Positions 55,917-64,000 of a stretch of 64,000 nt of DNA are shown here, in pieces; the stretch's first letter is position 1, and each line of letters begins with the position of its first letter. The notes beneath the pieces are model-generated. The model had not been told where the DNA came from. It saw only the letters and a program-made list of their open reading frames with translations, and did no database searches. Where the stretch lies: the NCBI GenBank assembly GCA_963742735.1, contig CAVUMN010000003.1, positions 96,001 to 160,000 on the forward strand, in the 5' to 3' direction. The position numbers were made by a program, and so were the translations under genes. Source of the stretch: an uncultured Actinomycetes bacterium (GTDB lineage: Bacteria > Actinomycetota > UBA4738 > JBBDTT01).

Positions 55917-57236
55917 GCCCCAGGCCGGCCGCCACCCGCGGGTCACCTCGCGTACCCGGGCCCCCAGCTCCGCCTCGTCGACGTTCGTCAGGACCCCGTC
56001 CTGGACGATCGTCTCGCCGCCGACGATGACCCGCCGGATCGCGGCAGGCTGCATCGCGTAGACGGCCTGCTTCTCGGCGGTGGCGCTCGGCTGCATCGAG
56101 AGCGCCTCGAGGTCCAGGACGACCAGGTCGGCGGCGTGCTGCGGCGCGATGCGCCCGACGGGCAGGCCCAGGGCCTCGCCGCCCAGGGAGGTGCCCATCG
56201 CGAGGACCTCCTCGGCCCGAAGCGCCGACGCGTCGGCCAGCCGGCCCTTCTGCAGCAACGCGGCCATGCGCATCTCCTCGAACACCGACTGCCGGCTGTT
56301 CGTGCACCCGCCGTCGGTGCCCAGGCACACCCGGATCCCCCGCTCGCGCATCTCGCGCACGGGCGCGATCCCGTCGCCCAGGAACAGGTTCGCCGAGGGG
56401 TTGTGGACCACGCTGACGCCGCGCTCCGCCATCACCGACAGGTCCTCCTCGTCGACCCACACGCAGTGGACCATCAGGGTCCGGGGGGACAGGACCCCGA
56501 GCGAGTCGAGATAGCGGACCGGCGACAGCCCGTGCTGCTCCAGGCTCTGTTCGCGCTCGTAGCGCCCCTCCGCGACGTGGATGTGGAACGGGACGTCCGC
56601 CTCCTCGGCGATGGCGGCCCCGGCCACGATCATGCCCGCGCTCGCCCCGTGGACCGAGTGCGGCGCCGGCTGGGCGAACGCGCGCGTGTCGCCGCGCAGC
56701 GCCTCGCGGAGCGCCCGGACGTTCTCCGCCGCCCGGTCGGGCGCCTCCTGGTAGCGCTTCGGCGCGCCGGTCCAGTCGTACATCGTTCGGGCGAGCACGA
56801 TGCGGATCCCCACCTGCCGCGCCGCCCCGATCACGGCCATCGCGTTCTCGTTGCCGCCGTCGTTGAGATAGAAGAAGTCGGCGACGGTCGTGATCCCGGC
56901 CCGCGCCATCTCCGCGAAGTCGAGCAGGGCGCCGGCCTCGATGCCGTCACGATCGAGCTGCTCCGAGAACGGATACAGCACGCGGTCCCGCCACGCCATG
57001 AACGGCAGGTCGTCGCCGTAGCCGCGGAGCAGGACCTGGAACGAGTGGGCGTGCCCGTTGACCGTCCCGGGGACGACGGCGACCTCGCCCCAGTCCTCCG
57101 CCGGCTCGCCGGGGAACTCCAGGGCCAGCTCGCCGGGCTCGCCCACCGCCTCGATGCTTCCGCCGCGCATCACGAAGGCGTGGTCGCGCTCCCACCGGCC
57201 GTCGGCGAGGACCAGGCGGGCCGAGACGAGGGTCAT
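55836..57236 (-). CDS. Metal-dependent amidohydrolase, probably formimidoylglutamate deiminase (HutF-like)
   Basis: NGHAHSFQ..RG, GIT.V.DFFYL, APHS, HIHVAE, VHC, GTD; divergent from hutH. Confidence 0.75.
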   Translation of the reverse strand: MTLVSARLVLADGRWERDHAFVMRGGSIEAVGEPGELALEFPGEPAEDWGEVAVVPGTVNGHAHSFQVLLRGYGDDLPFMAWRDRVLYPFSEQLDRDGIEAGALLDFAEMARAGITTVADFFYLNDGGNENAMAVIGAARQVGIRIVLARTMYDWTGAPKRYQEAPDRAAENVRALREALRGDTRAFAQPAPHSVHGASAGMIVAGAAIAEEADVPFHIHVAEGRYEREQSLEQHGLSPVRYLDSLGVLSPRTLMVHCVWVDEEDLSVMAERGVSVVHNPSANLFLGDGIAPVREMRERGIRVCLGTDGGCTNSRQSVFEEMRMAALLQKGRLADASALRAEEVLAMGTSLGGEALGLPVGRIAPQHAADLVVLDLEALSMQPSATAEKQAVYAMQPAAIRRVIVGGETIVQDGVLTNVDEAELGARVREVTRGWRPAWGLAADADVGEPGGSDGLGVKVVPPVQE

Positions 57237-57300
57237 GCCTACCCTTCTACCACGCCCTCCCGGCTTGCCCGTCGGGACGGGGCGCGCCTAGGGTCCGCCC

Positions 57301-58828
57301 ATGCCGGTGGAGGTTGGCGGGACCCTGTCCGTGGAGGAGGTCGTCCGGGTGGCCGCGGGCGAGGCCGTCGCCGTCGCGACGGGGGCTCGCGAGCGCATGG
57401 CCGCCGCGCGCGCGGTCGTGGACGCGAAGGTGGCGTCCGGCGAGACCGTGTACGGGGTCACCACGGGGATCGGCGACCTGGCCACGGTTCGCATCCCTCC
57501 CGAGCGGGTCCGGCAGCTGCAGCACGACATCCTCAAGAGCCACGCGGTCGGGCTGGGTCCCCCGCTGTCGGCCGAGGAGACCCGCGCCATGCTGCTCCTG
57601 CGGGCGCACGTCCTGGCGAGGGGGTACTCGGGCGTCCGGCCCGAGGTCGTGGACCTGCTGGTCGAGCTCCTCAACCGGCGGATCCATCCCGGTGGTCCCC
57701 GAGCAGGGTTCGCTCGGGGCGTCGGGCGACCTGGCGCCTCTGGCCCATCTGGCGCTGCCGCTCATCGGCCTCGGCGAGGTCGTGCACGGCGGCCGGGTTC
57801 GTCCCGGGGCCGAGGCGCTCGCCGCCGAGGGCCTCGCCCCGCTCGAGCTCGAGGCCAAGGAGGGGCTCGCCCTGGTGAACGGCACGCAGGCCATGCTCGC
57901 CGTCGGCCTGCTCTCGCTGGCCCGCGCCGAGTCGCTGGCCCGCGCGGCGGACGTGGCCGCGGCCATGACGGTGGAGGCCGCGCTCGGCTCGAACCGGCCG
58001 TTCGACGCGCGGCTCCACGAGCTTCGGCCGCACGCCGGCCAGATCGCGTCGGCGGCCAACCTGCGAAGGCTCACGGACGCCAGCCAGATCATCGAGTCGC
58101 ACCGGGAGAGCGCGCACCTGGTCCAGGACGCCTACTCGCTGCGATGCGCGCCCCAGGTCCACGGCGCCTTCCGCGACGCGGTCGCCCACGCCCGCGCCGT
58201 CCTGGAGACGGAGATCGACTCGGTGGTCGACAACCCGATCGTCCTGCCGGAGTCGGGGGAGGTTCTCTCGGGCGGGAACTTCCACGGCCAGCCGGTCGCG
58301 AACGCCCTCGACGGGCTGGCCGCGGCGACGGTCTCGCTCGCCTCCATCTCCGAGCGGCGCCTCTACCGCATCCTCGATCCCGCGCACTCGCACGGCCTGC
58401 CGGCCTTCCTGGTCGAGGAGAGCGGCGTGAACTCCGGGTTCATGCTCGTGCAGTACACCGCGGCCTCGCTGGTCTCGGAGTCGAAGTCCCTGGCGCATCC
58501 CGCGGGCGTCGACTCGATCCCGTCCTCGGCCGGCCAGGAGGACCACGTGTCGATGGGCATGACCTCGGCGCGCCACGCCCGGGCCTGCGTCACGAACGCG
58601 GAGGCCGTGGTGGCGCTGGAGGCGTTCGCCGCGGCGCAGGCCCTCGACTTCCGGGCACCGCTGATTCCCGGCGCCGGGTCGCGGGCCGCCCTGGCGGCCG
58701 TGCGCGAACGGATCCCCCACCTGGACCGGGACCGGGAGATCCGGACCGACCTCCAGGCCGCGGTGGATCTGGTGCGCTCGGGATCGCTCGTCGGCGCGGT
58801 GGAGGTCGCGCTCGGCCCGCTCGCCTGA
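57301..58828 (+). CDS. hutH: Histidine ammonia-lyase, with apparent +1 frameshift at about 57689
   Basis: YGVTTG, SHAVG and GYSG in frame 1; GSLGASGDLAPL (MIO), KEGLAL.NGTQ, QDAYSLRC, GGNFHG and QEDHVSMG in frame 2. Confidence 0.93.
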
Positions 58829-58840
58829 CCGGCCGTGCCG

Positions 58841-60061
58841 CTAGACGGGGCGGCCCTCGACCCACACGGCCGCGACGGGGTCGTGCCCCGGGCGGTAGGG
58901 GACCATCGCGAAGTCCGCCGAGTCCAGGACGACGAAGTCCGCGCGCTTGCCGGGCTCCAGCGAGCCGGCCTCCGCGTCGAGCCCGAGCACCCAGGCGGGG
59001 TTGATCGTCGAGGCGGTGAGGGCCTCCGCCGGGGGGATCCGGTAGAGGCCGGCGGCCGTCGCGATGGCGTGGGGCATCGAGGCGGTCGGCGAGGTCCCCG
59101 GGTTCAGGTCGGTGGCGATGGCGATCGCCGCGCCGGCCGCCAGGAGGTCGCCGGCGGGCGGGGGGGCGGCGCCGAGGAACAGGGTCGATGCCGGGAGCAT
59201 CACCGCGACGATCTCCGCGCCGGCCAGGGCCTCGATCCCGGCGCGGGAGACGTGGTTGAGGTGGTCGGCGCTGCGCGCCCCCGCGGCGACCGCGACCTCC
59301 GCCGCCCCCGAGGGCCCGAGCTGGTCCGCGTGGCAGCGCAGTGGCAGGCCGAGCCCCATCGCGACCTCGGCGACCCGCGCGAGGTCCTCCAGGGAGAACG
59401 CGATGTCCTCCACGTAGACGTCCACCGCGTCCACCAGGCCCTCGTGCGCGGCGACGGGGATCAGCTCGCGGCACACGGTGTCGACCCACTGCGAGCGCTC
59501 CATCCCCGGCGGGACCGCGTGGCAGGCGAGCAGGGTGACCGTCGCTCGCTGCGGGATCCGCTCGGCCAGGGCTCGGGCCAGGCGCGCCTGGCGGAGCTCG
59601 GCCTCGACGGACAGCCCGTAGCCGGTCTTGAGCTCGAGCGCCGTCGTCCCTCCCTGGAGGGCCTCCTCGGCGAGCGCGGCGGAGAACTCCAGGACGGCCT
59701 CGTCCTCGGCCTCGGCGAGCATCCGCGCGCTCCGGAAGATCCCGCCCTCGCGTCCGTGGAGGTCGCGATAGCTCGTGCCGGCCAGGCGCGCGGCGTGCTC
59801 GTCGGCCCGCCAGCCGGCGAACGGGAGGTGGGTGTGGCAGTCGACGAAGCCGGGGACGATCGCGCCCCGCACCCGGTCGGTGATCGCCCCGGTCCAGCCG
59901 GACGCCGGCCCGGCGTACCTCACCCGGCCGTCCTCGAACGCGAGCACAGCGTCGGGGATCACCGTGGCGGCCTGTCCGGGGCCCCGGCGGGGCGGCGGAG
60001 GTCCCGCCAGCGTGTACAGGGCGGGTGTGTGTACGGCGTTTGAGGGAGGGGGACTAGTCAT
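58841..60061 (-). CDS. hutI: Imidazolonepropionase
   Basis: PGFVDCHTHL, ELKTGYGL, LACHA, HADQL, SADHL, ATDLNPGTSP, GSLEPGKRAD. Confidence 0.93.
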   Translation of the reverse strand: MTSPPPSNAVHTPALYTLAGPPPPRRGPGQAATVIPDAVLAFEDGRVRYAGPASGWTGAITDRVRGAIVPGFVDCHTHLPFAGWRADEHAARLAGTSYRDLHGREGGIFRSARMLAEAEDEAVLEFSAALAEEALQGGTTALELKTGYGLSVEAELRQARLARALAERIPQRATVTLLACHAVPPGMERSQWVDTVCRELIPVAAHEGLVDAVDVYVEDIAFSLEDLARVAEVAMGLGLPLRCHADQLGPSGAAEVAVAAGARSADHLNHVSRAGIEALAGAEIVAVMLPASTLFLGAAPPPAGDLLAAGAAIAIATDLNPGTSPTASMPHAIATAAGLYRIPPAEALTASTINPAWVLGLDAEAGSLEPGKRADFVVLDSADFAMVPYRPGHDPVAAVWVEGRPV

Positions 60062-60070
60062 TTATGACTA
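60055..60070. promoter_or_regulatory. Palindrome TAGTCAT-TT-ATGACTA overlapping the hutI start
   Basis: Perfect 7-bp AT-rich inverted repeat in a GC-rich background. Confidence 0.6.
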
Positions 60071-60125
60071 CAGGAAATTGGCCCGTATGGACCCTTCATG
60101 GAGATGGCAGTCACCCACAGAATAC

Positions 60126-60252
60126 GGGGAGCAACATCAGCATGAACCTGGCGGCTCTGGTCGCTAGGAAAGCAGCGTGACGAGAGGGCGCTCGAACGCT
60201 GCATGTGCCAGGGGGGGACGCGCGGGCAGTCCCCCACCTGGCTTTTTCTTTT
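60126..60252 (+). ncRNA. Candidate small RNA (three hairpins + U-tract), possibly encoding a 12-aa peptide
   Basis: Hairpins at 60147-60168, 60172-60202 and 60207-60242, then TTTTTCTTTT; CAGAAT -10-like element just upstream; no + strand gene nearby. Confidence 0.45.
60207..60252 (+). terminator. Intrinsic terminator
   Basis: gccagg-ggggg-ac...gt-ccccc-a-cctggc followed by tttttctttt. Confidence 0.75.
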
Positions 60253-60287
60253 CCTTGGGGTGGTTCGCCGGTGGCAGGGCCGGCCCT

Positions 60288-60794
60288 CTAACAGGTGAGC
60301 TGGCCGACGAAACAGCTGGTGCCGGGCTTCCAGATCATCAGCGCGAGGACGACGAGGAAGAGCAGCGACAGGATCATCCCGAACATCCGCGCGCGCTTCC
60401 CCAGGCCCTGGAGCTCGGCCGCCGTTTCCGGGCCGGCGGTCCCGGCCATCATCGCGTCGAGCTTCTCCTTGATCTTGTGTCCGATCGGCCGATTCACGAA
60501 GACGCCGATCGACCACGCCACGATGAAAACCGCCACCGCGATGAGCAGCCAGGTCGTCTTCCAGAACTCGTAGCGCCGGGTGAAGATCAGGGCGGCGCCG
60601 AACAGTGGAGCGAGCGTGAAGGCGGGAAGGACCAGCCGGCTCTCGATCATGTTATTGATCTTTACGCCGAACGACGCGAACTGAGGCTCCTTCTGGATGC
60701 CGGCCGCGATAATGCCGAACACGGGCGTCGGCCCGAATGCCACGATGATCGACAGGATGTGCAAGAACAGCCAGATCTTTGACCACGTCGACAT
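60288..60794 (-). CDS. DUF2269-like integral membrane protein
   Basis: LFLHILSIIVAFG..4 TM..LMIWKP; GGAAGGAG RBS. Confidence 0.8.
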   Translation of the reverse strand: MSTWSKIWLFLHILSIIVAFGPTPVFGIIAAGIQKEPQFASFGVKINNMIESRLVLPAFTLAPLFGAALIFTRRYEFWKTTWLLIAVAVFIVAWSIGVFVNRPIGHKIKEKLDAMMAGTAGPETAAELQGLGKRARMFGMILSLLFLVVLALMIWKPGTSCFVGQLTC

Positions 60795-60856
60795 GACGTC
60801 TCCTTCCCCGATCGCCGCGGGCCATCAAATCCGCACCCGAGCCCGGAGTCAATGAG

Positions 60857-61285
60857 GTGAAGGTCTCGGCGAGCGGAACGCTGCCAGTCCCGATCGAGCG
60901 GGCGTGGGCCGGGATGATGGAATGGGAGCGCCAGCCGGAGTGGATGCTCGACGCGGCGTCGGTTCGTGTGGTGGGCGACAGGCGGGAGGGCGTCGGGACT
61001 CGCTTCGCGGTGCGGACGCGGGTCCTGGGCATCCCGGCCTTCACGGAGGTCCTCGAGGTCACCCGCTGGGAACCGCCCTACGCCCTGGACGTGCGGCACA
61101 CCGGGTTCGTCCGCGGGGCCGGGCGGTGGCGCCTGTCGGAGACGGCCGGCGGGACGACGTTCGCATGGGAGGAGGAGCTGCGCATGCCGATCCCGCTGCT
61201 CGGCGAGCTGGCGCTTCTGGCCTATCGTCCGATCATGCGGATGCTGATGCGCCGCGCGATCGGCCGGCTCGCGGAGCGGCTGTGA
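60857..61285 (+). CDS. SRPBCC (polyketide cyclase/dehydrase) family protein
   Basis: W...EWERQPEW, GVGTRF, VTRWEPP, GGTTFAWEE. Confidence 0.88.
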   Translation: MKVSASGTLPVPIERAWAGMMEWERQPEWMLDAASVRVVGDRREGVGTRFAVRTRVLGIPAFTEVLEVTRWEPPYALDVRHTGFVRGAGRWRLSETAGGTTFAWEEELRMPIPLLGELALLAYRPIMRMLMRRAIGRLAERL

Positions 61286-62235
61286 CGGCCGAGCCCGGCG
61301 AGCTCCCGGCGAAGCTCCGCCGCTGGGTCGAGGCCGGCCTCATCGAGCCGGAGCAGGCCGAGGCCATCCAGGCTCACGAGCGGGAGCACTCCCCGCCGCC
61401 GCGCCGGATCTCCCTGGTCACCGAGGCGCTCGGGTACGTGGGCGCCGTGCTCGCGCTGGCCGGTCTCAGCGTGGCCCTCGCCAACGTGTGGGTGGACCTG
61501 ACCCCGCTGACTCGCTCGATGGTCCTGTTCGTGGCGGCGGCGGTCTTCCTGGTGGCGGGCTGGCCGATGCGTGGCTCGGAGGAGCCCGCGCTCGCCAGGC
61601 TGTCCAGCGTCCTGTGGTTCCTCTCCACCGGGGCGCTGGCCTGGGCCCTGATCGTCCTGGCCCTGGACGAGCTCGATCTGGATGGCGCGGAGGCGTCGGC
61701 CTTGATGGGCGCCGGCACGGCGCTCTACGCCCTGACGCTGTGGCGGATCCAGCGGCGCTCGCTCCAGCAGGTGGCGCTGCTGTTCGGCGGCGCGCAGGCC
61801 CTGCTCTCGGGGATTGCGGTCGCCGGAGACGACGTCGACGGCTGGGTGTTCGGGCTCGTGTTGTGGCTGGCCGGGCTGGCGTGGGTGAGCCTGGCCCGGG
61901 TGGACGTGATGGTGCCCGTGGACACGGCCTTCGTCCTGGGAGGGTTCCTCATGCTCGTCGGCCCGGGCATCGGCGCCGACGACTACGACTGGCTCTTCAT
62001 CCTGGCGTTCGTGACCGCCGGCGGACTGATGACCGCGAGCGTGGCCCTGGAGCGAACGTCGCTCCTCGCCCTCGGCACGGTCGGCATGTTCGTCTACCTG
62101 ATCTGGGCCGTGGTGAAGTACTTCGGCGACTCGCTCGGGGTGCCGCTCGCGCTGACGCTCGCGGGGGTGCTCGTCCTGGCGGTGGCGATCGTCGCCGGCC
62201 GCTTGAAGACGGGGATCAGTCCAGAGACGCGATGA
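61282..62235 (+). CDS. DUF2157-like membrane protein
   Basis: RRWVEAGLIEPEQAEAI, EALGYVG, multiple TM helices; GTGA overlap with the previous gene. Confidence 0.8.
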   Translation: MTAEPGELPAKLRRWVEAGLIEPEQAEAIQAHEREHSPPPRRISLVTEALGYVGAVLALAGLSVALANVWVDLTPLTRSMVLFVAAAVFLVAGWPMRGSEEPALARLSSVLWFLSTGALAWALIVLALDELDLDGAEASALMGAGTALYALTLWRIQRRSLQQVALLFGGAQALLSGIAVAGDDVDGWVFGLVLWLAGLAWVSLARVDVMVPVDTAFVLGGFLMLVGPGIGADDYDWLFILAFVTAGGLMTASVALERTSLLALGTVGMFVYLIWAVVKYFGDSLGVPLALTLAGVLVLAVAIVAGRLKTGISPETR

Positions 62236-62737
62236 ACGCCTCGAGGTCGGGCAGGTGCGCCGACGCGTGCCCGAACGGCGCCTTCGGCGCCCCGAGGATC
62301 GACCCGAGCACGGTGACCATCGTGTCCCGCCGCTCGGCGGCGTACGGGGCCTTGCGCCGCCAGTTCTCGTCGGACATCCCATCGATCGCCTCGATCAGCC
62401 GCGCGTGGACCTCGTCGGCGTCGACCCGAACCTCCTCGTAGTCCCACGCGGCCTTGCGCTCGGCGTCCTCCGCGTTGGCCGCGTCGATGGCCTCGGCGCC
62501 ACCGGTGAAGTACGCCTCCGCCAGCGGCCGCGCGTCCCGGCCCCACGCCTCGATCGCCTCGAGCGCGAGGGACTCCCAGTGCGCCAGGTGGCCGAGCAGG
62601 TCCTTCACCGACCAGTCGCCGCCCCCGATGCCGGCCAGGGTCCGCCGGCCCTCGGGAACGCGGGCCAGCAGCTCGAGGACCCGATCGCGCAGGGTCTCGA
62701 GTGTGGCCGTCGCCTCCTCGCGGGTGGGCTGCGTCAA
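62216..62737 (-). CDS. DinB/maleylpyruvate isomerase N-terminal (ClbS/DfsB-like) four-helix bundle protein
   Basis: WSVKDLLGHLAHWE and C-terminal H-x3-H. Confidence 0.85.
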   Translation of the reverse strand: MTQPTREEATATLETLRDRVLELLARVPEGRRTLAGIGGGDWSVKDLLGHLAHWESLALEAIEAWGRDARPLAEAYFTGGAEAIDAANAEDAERKAAWDYEEVRVDADEVHARLIEAIDGMSDENWRRKAPYAAERRDTMVTVLGSILGAPKAPFGHASAHLPDLEAFIASLD

Positions 62738-62738
62738 C

Positions 62739-64000
62739 TCACTCGTTCGGCCGCTTCGGGACCGAGATGTCCCACCACGGGTGCCGCTCCCGGCTCGGGC
62801 CGAGCAGGTCCACGTGGATGTGCTTGACCTCGCGGTACTCGTCGAAGCCGATCTTGCCGTGCTCCCGGCCGAGGCCCGACTGCTTGTATCCGCCGAAGGG
62901 GAACCGGGGGTTGATCATGTGGTAGTCGTTGATCCACACGGTCCCGGTCCGGAGCTGGTTCGCCACCCGGATCGCGCGCGCGTTGTCACCGGACCACACT
63001 CCGCCGGCCAGCCCGTAGATCGAGTCGTTGGCCAGCCGGACCGCCTCGTCGTCGTCCTCCACCGGTACGACCACCAGAACCGGTCCGAAGATCTCCTCCT
63101 GCGCGATCTTCATCTCGTTGGTCCCGGCGAAGATCGTGGGCCGGTAGTAGTAGCCGCCGTCGTGGCCCTCGACCGTCGCCCGCTCGCCGCCGGTGAGCAG
63201 TTCGGCTCCCTCCTCGCTCCCGATCGCCACGTAGCGCTCGACGGTCTCGAGCTGGCTCCGGGCCACGACGGGGCCGACGTCGCTCGCCTCGTCGAGCGCC
63301 GGGCCGACCCGCGACCCCTCCGCTCGCCGGACGAGCTCGGTCACGAAGTTGTCGTAGATCGCCCGGCTCACGAACGCGCGCGTGCCGGCGCTGCATACCT
63401 GGCCGGCGTGGAAGAAGACGCCCCACAGGACGCCGTCGATCGCGTAGTCGAGGTCGGCGTCGTCAAGGACGATGTTCGCCGACTTGCCGCCCAGCTCCAG
63501 GGTGCACTTCTTGATGGTGCCGGAGGCGAGCTGCATGATCCGCGAACCGACCTCGGTCGAGCCCGTGAACGCGACCTTGTCCACGAGCGGGCTGGTGACC
63601 AGGGCCTCGCCCGTGGCCGCGCCGGGCCCGGACAGGACCTGGACCACGCCTTCGGGCAAGCCGGCCTCGAGGCACAGCCGGCCGAGCTCCAGCGAGGTGA
63701 GCGCCGTGTAGCTGGCGGGCTTGAGGACCACGGTGTTGCCAGCGGCGATGGCCGGCGCGACCTTCCACGAGGCCATCTGTATCGGGAAGTTCCAGGGCGT
63801 GATCGCGGCGCAGACGCCGATCGGCTCGCGGCGCAGGTAGTTGAGCGAGGACGGCCCGTGGGCGAGCGGCTCCTCGTCCTCCTCCTTGGCGGCGAGCTCG
63901 GCGAAGGTGCGGAAGGTCGAGATGACCATCCCGACGTCCGCGCCCCTGGCCTTGCGGATGGTGGCGCCGGAGTCGCGGGCCTCGAGTTCGGCGAGCTCGG
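62739..64000 (-). CDS. Aldehyde dehydrogenase, 5'-truncated by the window edge
   Basis: [50 protein letters not shown]. Confidence 0.96.
   Translation of the reverse strand, partial: ELAELEARDSGATIRKARGADVGMVISTFRTFAELAAKEEDEEPLAHGPSSLNYLRREPIGVCAAITPWNFPIQMASWKVAPAIAAGNTVVLKPASYTALTSLELGRLCLEAGLPEGVVQVLSGPGAATGEALVTSPLVDKVAFTGSTEVGSRIMQLASGTIKKCTLELGGKSANIVLDDADLDYAIDGVLWGVFFHAGQVCSAGTRAFVSRAIYDNFVTELVRRAEGSRVGPALDEASDVGPVVARSQLETVERYVAIGSEEGAELLTGGERATVEGHDGGYYYRPTIFAGTNEMKIAQEEIFGPVLVVVPVEDDDEAVRLANDSIYGLAGGVWSGDNARAIRVANQLRTGTVWINDYHMINPRFPFGGYKQSGLGREHGKIGFDEYREVKHIHVDLLGPSRERHPWWDISVPKRPNE

Noticed and set aside
60120-60290. tmRNA or 6S RNA
   Set aside because: No acceptor stem, T-loop or CCA end for tmRNA; TGAACC/GGTTC are present but there is no convincing 6S closing stem. 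Needs a covariance-model search
1-64000. Many long alternative-frame and antisense ORFs (e.g. 14551-17490, 14808-16943, 52324-54561, 8993-11065)
   Set aside because: Arg/Gly/Pro-rich shadows of real genes, expected at high GC with few stop codons; no recognisable motifs

Overview
This is a very GC-rich (about 70% by eye), gene-dense bacterial chromosome segment. Gene content points to an Actinomycetota lineage, probably uncultured: an Rpf-like transglycosylase, an Eis-type acetyltransferase, an FdxA ferredoxin, an F420/LLM enzyme and an actinobacterial-type SOS box. I see no rRNA, tRNA, CRISPR array, transposase, integrase or phage genes. About 66 CDS are supportable. They include a TetR/acyl-CoA dehydrogenase pair, a stress cluster (RsbW-like protein, GAF-PP2C phosphatase, PolX-like PHP, hemerythrin with a histone-like tail), corA, rpf, ispH, an MgtE + PhoU/TrkA-C operon, a Ser/Thr kinase, a cupredoxin plus a tandem-repeat His-rich lipoprotein, a stand-alone FrhB-like protein, cbs/cgl reverse transsulfuration, tandem secreted sulfatases and a split hut cluster. 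The strongest candidate for an undescribed system is cyclic-nucleotide signalling: three class III nucleotidyl cyclases, none with the canonical adenine-specifying Lys. One is a receptor-like fusion (cyclase-TM-beta-propeller-family 5 solute-binding domain) with a guanylyl-cyclase-like Glu/Gly pair. A stand-alone cNMP-binding protein sits in an operon with a FOXRED2-like flavoprotein. Two unannotated structured intergenic RNAs with small ORFs also stand out (rpf leader about 13435-13610; 60120-60252). Several single-base frameshifts in housekeeping genes suggest sequencing indels. All calls come from motif recognition by eye; no database searches were run.
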